NCBI RefSeq assembly: GCF_048593235.1
Contig: NC_133618.1
Coordinates: forward strand, 202,358,221-202,422,220
Origin: Sminthopsis crassicaudata
Lineage: Eukaryota
Length of the DNA stretch: 64,000 nucleotides
Direction: 5' to 3'
Of the stretch, positions 37,965-50,718 are shown in pieces (position 1 is the first letter of the stretch; each line of letters opens with the position of its first letter). A program made the position numbers and the translations under genes. The notes under the pieces were generated by a model. The model searched no databases, was not told the origin of the DNA, and was given only the letters and a program-made list of their open reading frames with translations.

Positions 37965-38250
37965 TATGCATGGGAAATTAGGGAGACATGTGGCAGGTAT
38001 GAGCAGGCTGAAACTTATAAACCAATAAAGAATTTTGAAGAAAATGTCATTAGAAAGTATTTATTAGGGAAAAAAAATAGATGGGCTGGTCACATGGTAA
38101 TGAAAAGGGATGACAGGTCAGCAGTCAGACTGTTCTGCTAGTACTTTTGCAACATCAAGAGAAAATGATAAAGGTCTCCAGAATGTACTCCAGAGTGAAC
38201 TTCTTAGAGACAATGAGTAAGTATTGTATAGAATGCTGCAGGATAAATGG
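37965..38250 (+). mobile_element. RTE-clade LINE 3' ORF fragment
   Basis: agatgggctggtcacatggtaatgaaaagggatgacagg matches the RTE motif RWAGHV.R..D.RW. Confidence 0.7.
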
Positions 38251-39077
38251 CTATGTGCCTCCTGAGAGGGATTGTGTCTCTCAAGTACATGGGATCACAG
38301 ATCCATTTGAACTTCTGGAATCATGCTAGATGTTCAAGATTTACTTCAGGAATGAAAAGATCCCTGCCCTCAAGGTGCATAGGAATCTCTGTGTTAATGG
38401 TTTTGATCGTGCTTTGGCAAAGAGTATTTGTGTGGGCTTTTTTCTTCTTGCTCTTTGTTGGCAGACGCTCAGGCAAACATTTATGAAACACATAGTGTAA
38501 GAGAAACAATATTGGACCTACAGTCGGGCGACTTAGTTTAGAAGGCTGACTTTGAAATATAATTCCTAAGGGGTTCAGTAGATAAAGGCACCTGACTCCA
38601 AATCTAGCCTCATATTCTTGACACTAGCTATGTGACCTTGGACAATTTACTTATCCCTGATTGCCTCATTAAAAAAAAAAATCTAATTGTAAAGTGGGGA
38701 TCATAACATTTAAGCTTCTTACCTTAAGAAATTGAGTGGAAAGTACTTGACGGTTTTTCTTTCTTAAGATTTTATTTTATTTTAAACTTAAGGAATAAAA
38801 TCAGTCTTTTTCATAACAGTGGTATAGCTAAGTTTTCAAGTGCTATGTAGTGTTAATTATTTATTTATTCATATGCAACAATCACTTATTAAGCACTTAT
38901 GTTCTAGTCTCAGGGGTTATACAGATAAGAAGGAAAAGATACCTGCCCTCAACTTTTGGAGTTATCATTAGGTGGTGAAAAGCTTTGTTTTAGGGAGCAT
39001 GAAGGGCAGAATAGGGTGTAGTACTTGTCCTCCAGGAGTTTCCATTCATGAAGAGGGAATATATAGTGAGAAATTTG

Positions 39078-39312
39078 TTCAGTCTTTTAAGCAGTTTCAG
39101 TTCAACTCTTTATGATCCCATTTGGGGTTTTCTTGGCAGGGATTTGCCATCTCCTTCTTCAGCTCATTTTACAAATGAGGAAACAGAGATGAACAGGGTT
39201 AAGTGAGTTGCCCAGAGTCACCCAGCTGGTAAGTGTCAGAGACCAGATTTGAATTCAGAAAGATGAGTCTTCCTGACTCCTGGTTTGACACTCTACTCAC
39301 TGATCCACTTAG
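39078..39312 (-). mobile_element. Mar1-type CORE-SINE
   Basis: gatcccatttggggttttcttggcagggatttgccatctccttcttcagctcattttacaaatgaggaaac. Confidence 0.9.
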
Positions 39313-39819
39313 TGAGAAGTAGCATAGAATAATGAAAAGAACATAGTATTTGAAAACAAGAATTTGTATACATATTCTCAATGTGGCTTTAAGCAAATAC
39401 CCAAATCTCTGTGATCCTCAATTTCTCTGAAAAGGGATTTTTCTTATATATAACCTCATCTCATAAAGTTGCTATGTGGAAAAGTTTTGTAAACATTAAA
39501 TTATTATAGAAATATGAATTGTTATTAATAAATAGATGTTAAATGGTGATACCAGTGAAAAAGAGCCAAAAATGGAATTGATTGGGCAATGAATTTAGAG
39601 TCAGAAGCTTTGGGATTAAATGCCAATTTTGTGATTTGCAATCTTTGTGATCTTGAGTTAATCACTTCTCTTCCCTGGGCTCATTTTTTTCATCTATAAA
39701 ATCAAAAATTTGACTAGATAAGTTATGGGATTCCTTGTAGTTTAGAACATTTTATGTTTTATTATCTAATTACTTAAAATATTTAAAGCCAAAGGAAATT
39801 TAATACAGGTAAACATTCA

Positions 39820-40480
39820 TTTTTTTTTCTCTTTTAATTTTTTTCCTTTTTTAATTAACTTATTAAAAAGAACATTTGTAAATCTATACCAGAACACAAA
39901 AAGAGAATTTTGTATAAAATTATGAATCCCCATTACATACTGTTTATTTTTAAGATTATATAATAAGTTCTAAATATTACTTTCAACACTGTTTTTATTG
40001 ACTATTTCCTTATGAACTTCTTTATATTCTCTTCTGTTCATATTATGTATATGTAAGTGTGTGTAAATAGATAGAGATAAATATTTATAGATAGAGATGA
40101 CCCACTTTTTAAAAGCATCACTTTAACTAAATCACTGTCATCCCTCCTTTTCTTCTTCCTCTCTCCCCTTGCCGGTACTCAATTCCTCAAAACTTGTAAT
40201 AACTTTGTTTCTACCCTGTCTCTGTCAGGGGTTGGGTGTCAGGCATCTTCTAGATCTTTTAGAGACATGTCTAGTGGCCACTGCATTGAGCTGTTTCAAA
40301 GTTAAGTCTTCCAAAATTCTTTCCAATAGTGTTTTTTGCTCTCGTATCAATTGTCCTGTTTGTTCATTTTCACTTTGCTGAATCAGTTCATACTTTTCAC
40401 TTTTTCTGTAATTGCATGTCCCTTTGGGCATTTCTTACAATGTAGTAATATGTCTTTATGTTTATAATGACATTTCTCAA
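39820..40480 (-). mobile_element. Old L1 3' region
   Basis: Antisense marsupial L1 3' UTR pattern (T-rich end, caaaacttgtaataac, gtagtaatatgtctttatgtttata). Confidence 0.55.
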
Positions 40481-43199
40481 ATATGTAAGCAACCCTTTAA
40501 ATTTTAGTTCCTTTATTCCTCTTTGACCAGGGAACATTTCTATTCCTCCCTTCTGGATAATGATGTTTGTTTTTAAGATTTCTTTATTGGAAGAACGGGA
40601 AAAGTGCTTCTGTGGTCAAATAATTAAGCATGTAGGCAGTCTAAATATGCTTAACTTCTCAGTGCTTGGTCTTCAGACTGTAGACAATGTAAGTATGCTG
40701 GATATATGCTTAAAGCCTTTTCAACTTTGGAGGATCTGCCAGAGTCTGACTCTTGGTCTGAAGCATAATTGGAAATTTTGATATTATCTTTTTCTTTCTA
40801 AAGAGGATGGATAGATCCAGTCCCTTCCAATTGGTTTCACCCTTGCTGTGTAAGGTGAAAGGGTAGAAACTGGGAACCATGCATTCCTGTAGTTACGACT
40901 TATCTTTAGATAACATTGTTTAGCTGCCTCCTCCTGACTTGGAAAGCTCAGCTCCTGGAGGAGAAGGTTGGGGACTTATAATGTAAGGAGACCATAGGGT
41001 GATGGTTCCTTTGATCCAAATGGATCTACCTTTTTTTTTTCACCCTATGGGGGTTCTATCTCATAGTGCTCTTGTTTCATAGTTCCTCTATTCCTTATTC
41101 CCTTGCTTAATCTAAACTTTCCACTTACAAGTCAGGTCCCAGGCTGGGGTAAGGCAGATGATTGATAGGTCATTAAGTCCATCAATTGGTAGAGACTATA
41201 CTTTACCTCCTCCTCCTCCATCCAAAAAGTGGTGCATGTGAGGAGACAATGTTATTCCCTATCACCTCCCTTGCATGAACCTGTATCCTCTGCCTATCAG
41301 ATTGGTCCTCTCTAATCTTTTGGCATCTAGAATAAATCCCTTATGGACTATCCCAGCTACCTCTATTCCATGTGTGCTTCCATCAGAACCTATCTCACAG
41401 ATGGACAATAATTGGATATCTGATTAGGAGGAAGAGAGCAGACTAGATAACATTTGGGAAGTTGTATGGCACTTCCTTTCATCCCAAATTGCATGTACAT
41501 GCACATTCTTGTTAATGCAAATATTATCCCAGTGATTCTACATCATGGAAATATCACACTCGTCAAATATTGAAATCACATGGTGTCTAAATGTCACTGA
41601 AGATGTACTTGAGATATTTAATTAGGCTGTGTGTAGCACTTAAAAATAGCCTAAAAGTTATCATCTAGAAAATATGTAGCAAAAATGGGGGTCAGCCAGT
41701 CATGACAAGAGAGTGAGTGATTACAGATGGCATGTTCAAAGACCTGGAGGAGTCATCTATGTGGAGGTTTAGTCTTGTATCATGTGAGATTGATCCACTT
41801 TTAATTTTAATCTAATAACAAACATTTATTAACTGCCTTCTATGTAAAAAGTGATATACTAGGGGTTTAGAGTACACATTCAAAAAGGCCAAATCCTTAC
41901 CCTCATAGATCTTACATTCTAATGGAAAAGATAGCATAAAAAGTAGAGTAAGAAAGGAGGGAAATATCTGTGTGCTGTAATGGTCTGGAAAAGGTTGGAA
42001 TGGATAGCGGAGGTGCTGGTTCCAGGAAAGATAAGGCTCACCTGTCAGAGGCCAAGAATAAAGGGGCAGAATCCAGGTGGTTCTGATGTGAGGGAGTTGA
42101 GGTGAATCACTAGGAGGCTACATGGTCTGACTAATGCTGGATAGAGGACAGATGTGTTAGTGAGTGATCCTGTTGAAATGGCCTTGTTTTTTTCTTACCA
42201 CAACTGGCTTTTGACTTTGGAGAATTAATGAGACTTGGCAGAGGCCATGTGAATGCTCTTCTGGAATTGGTCCCTTTCAGCTTTGATGCTCTATGTTGTA
42301 TGATCTAATTAACTGAGAGATTCAAAAAGCAAAGGGATTTTGATACATTTAAATATTGCTCTTAAATTTTCCTTTTTGGCTAAATTCATCCTCTGCATCC
42401 CTAGATTCAGATCCTATCAACCATGGTGCTTTAAGCTGAGTTAGGGCACCATATTATCTAGGAGATCAGCTCTTAAAATCCTTTCTTACCCATAATACAC
42501 AAAGCAATTTTTTCCTCCTCCAAAAGTTTTTTTTTCTTTTCTCCATAATTTCTCATAGAACTTTGTCAGGACATTTTCTTTGTACTTTTTTCATTACTCC
42601 TTACATCATAGTCACCTGTGATAAAATTCAACTGCTATCTCAGACACATGCTGAATATGTGACTCTGGCAATTCATTTTGACCTCTCAGTGTCCTAGGCA
42701 TCTAAGATTGTAAATAGCAGAGAGGTGTCATCATACATCTATAGAGGAACTGTCCTCCCTTTGGAGTTCCCTATACCAATGAAACCCTAAATCCAGTCCC
42801 AATCACTCTCCCCTCTTAATGAGGGTTTTGGACTATATAATTTCTAAGGGCTTTCTAACTTCCAATATGTGTAATCCATTCCTGTATTTTTCACGTATCA
42901 GAAAGGGAAATGATGGGAAGAGAGGTCCTTGAAGAAGATTGCATTCCAGGAAAATTTCTAGATAACCAGGAAGAAGAATAAAGACATTTTGCTCACAAAT
43001 TGGGAAGGATTCATGGGAAACGGAATAAATTAGCTGGACACACAAAGGCAGGAATGAGAGGCTTTGCTAAGAGAGACAGCCATTGCCTACTTCATTATTT
43101 TACCTAAATCTACCCCAGACTTCCAGGCAAGAAACACTGGGTAGCAGGTCTTGGTGAAGGTCATTTCTTGGCAGCTCAAGTATTTTATTTAGCTCTTAC

Positions 43200-43900
43200 C
43201 TGCAAGCTGTTTTACTCTGTGTGAATCTGTATTCTGTACGTGTGTGAGTGTGTGTGTGTGGGGAGGGAGGCTGCTTATATGTGCACCTGGCTGGTTTTAA
43301 GTAGACAGGGGCTGTTCTCACACAGTAAAAAACATTGCTTTTGCTTTATAAAGCAGTTGACTGAGAGAGGTCAGGTCATGTTGTCTGATGGTGCATAATC
43401 CTTTTTCATTAAACCTTGGAAACATCTGTTTTTCTTCAGCATGCTTAAAGGTTTCACTTTATTAGATATTGGTTAATGATTACCAAGTAATTTGCCATTA
43501 AAAACAGGTGCTCCTCCCCAGTGCTTAAAGCTATGTGCTTTTGCTAATGGGAGAATAACAGTGTCTAGATACAAATTGTAGCAATGTCCCTGAAAGGGAG
43601 GTTCAGTGGAATGGATGCCAGGGAGCCATCTGTGACCCCTGAGGTTTTTCCTATTGAAATGCTACTAAAATCTGTTCAAGATCAGTTGGGTTTTTAGGAG
43701 GGTGATGCTAGGCTTCAGCAATGTGGAATTTCCCATTTGGCTGACTAAAAGAGCTCGAACAATAAACTCAGTATGGTACACCAGAAGTGTGCTCTTAAAT
43801 CCTCAGCTCGCTGTCAACATCAATAGGATAGATTGCTCTTGGACTCTGAGGGAGACGGTGAACTTTGTGCCTTTACATTTGACCTTGCAGGAACAGTAGG
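43200..43900 (-). promoter_or_regulatory. Candidate tissue-specific promoter/enhancer with possible non-coding first exon
   Basis: Minus-strand TATAAG (43279-43274), palindromic TTTATAAA (43345-43352), donor CAG|GTAAGA at 43200/43199, HNF1-like GTTAATGATTACC (43472-43484), NF-kB GGAATTTCCC (43725-43734), HNF4-like TGAACTTTGTGCC (43859-43871), TGACCTTG (43880-43887). Motif evidence only. Confidence 0.4.
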
Positions 43901-44041
43901 CACCCCTAGATTATACTCTACATTAACTTAGGCTCTTAGGATAGCCTTGTAGCTAAATAGCAAAAGACAAAAATATATACAAAGCTTAACAATCCACACT
44001 CCTATTCCTCATTAAAAAAATCCTAGTTAAATATCCATTAC

Positions 44042-44687
44042 TTAAAAAGGGAAAAGGACCCATATGTGGAAAAATGTTTGTGGCAGCCCTTTTTGTAGTG
44101 GTTAGAAACTGGAAACTGAGTGGATGTCTATCAGTTGGAGAATGGCTGAGTTAGTTATGGTATATGAAAGTTATGGAATATTGTTTTGTAAGAAACAATC
44201 CATTTCAGAAAGGCCTGGAGAAACTTACATAAACTAATGCTGAGTAAAGTGAGTAGAATGAAGAGAGCATAGTACACAGCAACAAGAAGATATGTGATGA
44301 TCAGTTCTGATGGATGTGGATATTTTCAACAATAAGATGTTTCCGGCCAATTTCAATAGACTTGTGATGGAGACAGCCATCTGTATCCAAAGAGAGGACT
44401 GTGGGGATTGAATGTGGATCACAACATAGTTTTTTCATCATTTTTGTTGTTGTTTGTTTGCTCTTTGTTTTTTCTCATTTTTTTCCTTTTTTGTTCTGAT
44501 TTTTCTTGTGCAGCATAATGTGTTAATATGTTTAGAAGAATTGTACATATTTAACATATATTAGATTACTTGCTGGCTGTGGTGGGGTAGGGAAAGGGAG
44601 GAAAAGAATGTGAAATACAAGGTTTTGCAAGAATGAATGCTGAAAACTATTTTTGTAAGTATTTTCAAAATAAAAGCCATTATTTTA
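44042..44687 (+). mobile_element. 5'-truncated L1 (ORF2 C-terminus plus 3' UTR)
   Basis: KGKGPICGKMFVAALFVVVRNWKLSGC motif. 13-bp TSD aaatatc(c/t)attac at 44029-44041 and 44688-44700. Confidence 0.93.
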
Positions 44688-45775
44688 AAATATCTATTAC
44701 TCTATTCTAGCAGGAAGGTGATGTTTCTATTGGCTGTTGATTTCTTGTGAATACGTATTTCTTGTTTCATAACATCATTCCTTTTAGAATATAAACTCAT
44801 TGTGGTCAGGTATTTTTTTTTGTCTTTTTTTTTTTAATCCCAAGAATCTTGCTTAGTACTGTAACATGGGAATTAGCAAATGCTTGTTGATTAATTGATT
44901 GTAAACAATTTTAAGGCTATGTCATCATTCCTCGATATTTTCCATAGCTCTGTTTCTCTAGATCTCTCATTTTACTTGTATAAATCCTCCCTCTCCTTTG
45001 TAGATTGCAATCACTTTCATGGCCTCTCATCCTCTGTAGAAGAGTTCCATGTTTTGCCATAATACACTAGAGGTTTTCCTCTAAATTCTTTCAATACTTC
45101 ATGGTCACTTGTCCAACACAAAGACTATTCATTTGTTATCTCTATGTCTCACTACCTTACTTCTATAACATACCCAAATAAAACTTGCTGACCACAGGCA
45201 GAATCAAAGGATTTTGTGGGCAAAGGAGATTAATTAGTTCAATCCCAAAATTTTATAGAACAATGGAAACCTAATGAGATTCAGTGGTTTTTCCAAGATC
45301 ACAGAGCATTAAGGTCCAGAGTAAAGATTTGAAACTCAGGATGACTGGTCTTAGAGGCCATTTTTTCCCATGAACTATGATGTCTTTTGAGTTTGCATTA
45401 AAGAAACTATCATTTAACCTTTCCATGCCTGAATAAATTAAGTTGGGGAAAAACATTGGAAGACAAATAATAAAGGTTCATAACATGGAGTTAACATCAG
45501 AAATTTGTATTTTGGTATATGGTGTTTTCAGGATGGATGAGGAAGAGATGCAGCCCTGAGGCCGATCGGAATTTGAGAATTCTCATTTTATTGCAAAAAC
45601 TAATGAAAGGATGAACAATATAGGATTTGTACTTAGATTTGTACTTACATTCTGTTTCCCTCTGTTTTGGCCATTTTGAAATATAGGAAGAAGCCAGTTG
45701 AATTAAAAGCAGGAGTGGCAGGTCAGCTAGATGGTTCAGTAGATACACAAATATTAGCTATGTATGATATGTATG

Positions 45776-45790
45776 GTGATGATGATGATT

Positions 45791-45827
<37 letters not shown>
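45776..45827. repeat. (GAT)n microsatellite
   Basis: Directly visible. Confidence 0.97.
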
Positions 45828-47208
45828 CTTGTTTGAAGTCAAATAACTTGTAAATGTGAGAGGGGGATTTGAAAGATGGCTATTAAATTTGGAGTCAGAA
45901 GACCTTATTTTAAATCCTGACTCTCTTAGTAACTCAGTATATGTTGTTGTGCAAGCAAGCTTTTTTACCTCTTCCAACTTCAATTTCCTAATCCAAAAAG
46001 ACTCAAAGGTCTGTATCAACTCTAAATCCTTGAAGTTTAGATATGAGATTGTATGAGCTCAGTCTTCTGCCTATGGGGTGTATTTTTTTCATGATGCCAT
46101 ACTGGATAATAGAGGTAGAGTATTATTTTCCCAATCAGTCCACATATATTGCACAGAAATAATCAGCTTTCTTGAACTTTCACTAAGAATCATAGACATT
46201 TGAGGGATCATTTCTAAAAATCACAGATTTTAACTAATAGTTAATTTTTCTTTTTTATTAAGCTCTTATAGATTCCTTATGGAGCAAGTATGCTCTGGTT
46301 TCTCTCCCAAAGCTTGGAAGTCTGCACATTAATCCCGACCCTGCTCCGGGTTCTAGGCTTCTCAGAGAATCCTTAAAGGGGTTTCTCTTTCTGTACTGCA
46401 TCAACTCAAGCCCTGTCAGCTGTGTTTTCCCCACAGCTAGCCATTAGTAAATAGCTCCCCAGTTTTACTTAACCACCACATCAATTAGCTTTCACAAAGG
46501 GGTATTACTTCAAAAATATGGCAAAGCAAAAGTACAAATATTTTCCCCCAATGCCTCAAGGGGGTACACTCAGAACAGTTTCCATGGAGCATTGATCAGA
46601 TCAAGTTCAAATCCCAGCTGTGACATGACTGCCAGATGGGTCTTAATTTCAGCTATGGTGGGCTGGGTCCTGAAGATTACTGCCAAAGGAGATTCCTTGC
46701 CTTGCTTAATAACTTGATGTTCCATTGTCTGCAAAATATAGTCTCTGGAATGCTGGGAGGCTGAAGTGCCTTTCTGACTTTTAAAAAGTAACAAAATCAG
46801 AGACACCAGTCCCTTCATCTCTAAAACAGAAGAGAACAAAAGCCAAAAGATAATGATGGAGGATCATTTTTATAGGATCACATGGCCTCAGAAGAAACTG
46901 CCCCAACCCTCCCCTTACAGCCTTGCCCCCTCCCAGACAGCAAAAAATGTCAAACTATCGGAAAGTAACCAAAACATAAAGGCTACTAGGGCCAAGGCTA
47001 TTGCAAGCCTTTATGAAAATACCCCTAGTTCTTAATATTCAGCCAACTAAAAAAAAGTTCTCTAGCTATTTTATAGTCTAGAATCAGTTACAGAAAATAT
47101 ACACATACTTCATAGTCTTTCTAAGATCAGCTAATTCCATTTATTTGTAACGTATGATCAGACATATTGGGCTGATCTAATACTATTCTTCTGACAGTGT
47201 ACTAGAGA

Positions 47209-47296
47209 TGAAAGAAAAGAAGAAAGAAAGAAAGAGAGAGAGAGGGAGGGAGGGAGGGAGGAAGGAAAGAAATAAGAAAAGAAGAAAGAAAGAAAA
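47209..47296. repeat. Polypurine (GAAA/GA/GGGA) tract including (GGGA)3GGG at 47244-47258
   Basis: Directly visible. Confidence 0.95.
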
Positions 47297-50061
47297 CCAT
47301 TGGTTAGCCTAAAAATTGGCATCCTTAAAACAAACCCAATTACCTTATAGTTTTTGGGTCATGAATGCATTTAAAGTACATGACCACTTTATATTACCAT
47401 TGATAATAAAAACATAAACACTTTTTGAAATTATCTCAGGAAAAAAGACATTAACATTAACAAAAGTTAATGTCTGGGGTAAATTTAGGCAAACTCTTAA
47501 AGTAGAAATTGGAGAAATTCCTTTAATGAGTAATTAAATATGTTATAATAAATATATAATATGTTTATAATAAAGTTATTGAAAAATTCTTGTAAGTCTA
47601 ATTTGGTCACAGGGAAAAGAGAGAGACATCATCATAGGAGTGCTAAAGGGCTTATCATTTTGCATTCATTTGTTCAATGTATCAATAATTTCTTAAAACT
47701 AGAAATGGCAATCTACAAATGGCTTATTAATAATTCCATTCTGAGATTTTGCCTGAAGCACCTAGAAAGTAAGTGACTTGCTCAGGATCACAAAGTTCAT
47801 AAATGTGGGAGGCAATATTTAGACACAAGTCTTCCCAACTCTAAGCCCAGCATCCAATCCATCATACCATGTTGCTTTTCTATGTATTTTTCATAAAATA
47901 TTAAAACTAATTTAAGGAAAAAAATTCCTTAGGTAAAATCAAGTCCAATCATGTTATGTTACTGACAAGGAAACTAAATTTCAGAAAAATGAAATAACTT
48001 GCCTACTCCAAAGCCATGCAGATAGTGATGGTTGGAGTCTGAACGAAGAACCAGAATTAAAGATGAGGTCTTACTGTACGATTGCAGAATGAATGTTTCA
48101 CTATAAGGCAACATTCATATAGAAAAACACAATCAACTAGAACAAGGGAAATGTGAGTTTCAGTTCTGAGACTGTGACTTTTGTGAAATTGAACAAATAA
48201 TTTAGCCTCTTATCTTTTGTTTCCTTATCTACAAAATGAAGATAATAATATTCATGCAATCTACTTCCGAAGGTTGTTAGGAGGATCAAATTATTTGATG
48301 AATGTAAAATACCTTGTAATTTCTAGGTGCCATATATTCATTATTGTAATTATCCCTTCTTCCCATCTTTGTCCATGGGTTTTATATAGAAGTGGTTCTG
48401 GTACAAGGCAATAATATAACATGATATTCTACCAACTATTTCAAGGGTGTATCATAATTGCTTTTTGTAAGTGAGCAAAAATATTTAGACATAAGATCAT
48501 CTTTTGTATTCTCACTGAAAGCATCTTTGGGGAAACTCCAGTAGCGATAAAATGACTGGATGAAATATGCCTCGTCCCCCTCCCACATGGTTTTGATTTG
48601 TTCTACTAGGTCTCTACATTTGAAAAGCTTTTAATTCTACATAGCTCAGAGATTATGAATATTCAATCTCGTGATATCTATTGAGATATGGTTTAAAATT
48701 TTTTGTGCATGAGTATTATTCTGGACAATAATTTTGTCTGATAATGCTTTTGTTTCAGTAAAGTTATTTATTGAATATTGGGGGCATGGAGATTTTTATC
48801 TGCTAGAATATGAAAAGTAGCAAAAGGCAATTTTAACCACTAGTTCATGTCTTATTTGTTATTTGGTAGATGTAAAATGGAAAATGTTAATAGTCCACAT
48901 CACTATATGTGTTGAATTCTTTCTATTATTTCCTTTCACACTGTATGGATAAATATGGTTAGAATCTTTAAGACTAACTCTTTGCAATTTCAGGTGATGG
49001 TAACCTGATTCAGAATTACCATGATAAACTCCTTATCACTTGATATGCATCTAACACAACTCAATTAGATCAATATTCTTTTGTCAACATATGGGTCTTT
49101 GAGCTAACATGCATGGGGCTCATTTTGTATTTGAGCTTTTAAAATCTATCCATAGGTAAATCATTTCTACTTAACTTCATGTAATCTACTAGCATCTATT
49201 GAATTTTATCCTTTAGAGTTATCAATAAAGTAATCTGTTTCTTTCAAAAGTATTTTTCTAAGTTTCTATTTATTGTGGGAACTGGTGACATCTATCATTT
49301 TCTTCCTCTTCTTTGATGGTTCTTATTGCCTGTGTAACTTTAGGAAAGCCCTTTATCTTCTGGGAGTCTCAATTTTCTCTTCTATAAAATGATGGGTATG
49401 GGCTAGATGATCTCTTAACATCATTTTCAACTGTGAAGCTATGATTCTGAAGCTTCTCTTTGGCAATGGTTTATGAAGTTTAGAAATGCTTTGTTTGAGT
49501 TTTGCACTGTGGGCAGTTCTATAAAATTGTCTATCTATCTATATACACACATGCACACATTTATAGCTATTATTATATAATTATATAATAATCAGTTACT
49601 GCTTACTCCTAGGTTGACAAAATCAGAAAGGTCGGTAGCTTCATATGTGTAAATAGGAAGACAGCAGATATTATCAATATCCCTAAATATGGTACCAATT
49701 TTTATCCAACTCCTAGGCTGCCTGAGGGAAGCAGAAAGAGTCAAGGATTTTGGTTGGTTTCCTAAACTCACCCTCATACTCCAATTCTACTTCAAGACAG
49801 AAAAGGGTGATCTGGAGATTCTTGTTGACAAGAAAGTTTATGATTATCTTTCCTTGTATTGTGTTTTCTTGGAAAGGTCATGACATTGGATTATATTGTA
49901 CTCTGCCTGAGTTCTTAGATAAAGTTGACCAAAGAGTTGGGTGATTATAAGACTTTCACATAGTCTCTAGTAGTTTTGTCCTTGACAAATGCCTTCTGAG
50001 ACTGTTCTATCACAGTATCATGTAAAAGTCAATGTATAATAGACCCTGGCATGTTTTAACT

Positions 50062-50063
<2 letters not shown>

Positions 50064-50092
<29 letters not shown>
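50064..50092. repeat. (AT)n microsatellite
   Basis: Directly visible. Confidence 0.97.
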
Positions 50093-50634
50093 CGCACATA
50101 TGCTTACAAATTTAGATGTAATTAATAAAATCCAGTTCTGTTTATACCAAATCATAAAATCCCATCCTCCCCCAATCCACACCCTAAACAGGTCCTTGGA
50201 CTATTGTTCAGATAAAATAGTGAGGAGACAAACCCGTCCCAGGACAGACAACATACTTGGCATTCCAATGTAATATGCACATAAGATTCCTACTTTCCTG
50301 GAGATCATAAGAATTAAAGCTGAAACCTAGAGTTTAGAAGTGAAGTTAGAGATCATCTTATCCAATCTCTGTTTTTCAGAGGAGGAAACTGAGGTCTAGG
50401 AAGATGGTATATTTTTCCAAAATTCACAGAGTATAAGTGGAAAATATAGAATTCCAGTGAAGGTCATCTGATTCTAAATCTAAGGCTCTTTTCCCTATGT
50501 AATACTCCCTCTGGAAGAAACTTCCTTTTGCATCTGATATTAGCCTTTTTCATTTTACCTGTCACCCACAAATGTCATCCATGCAAGCATTCTGATGAGT
50601 TTCTTAACTATAAAATGTCCTTAGGTGATTGTCT

Positions 50635-50635
<1 letters not shown>

Positions 50636-50679
<44 letters not shown>

Positions 50680-50718
50680 AAAAACAACAGTTGGATTTTT
50701 TTTTTTTTTTTTTTTTTT
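50636..50718. repeat. (GT)21 microsatellite followed by T23
   Basis: GT repeat 50636-50677, T run 50696-50718. Confidence 0.97.

Noticed and set aside
38142-38216. 75-nt open exon-like segment (TFATSRENDKGLQNVLQSELLRDN) with GTAAGT donor
   Set aside because: It lies within the RTE remnant, has a weak acceptor and no recognisable protein match. Exonisation cannot be excluded without RNA data.
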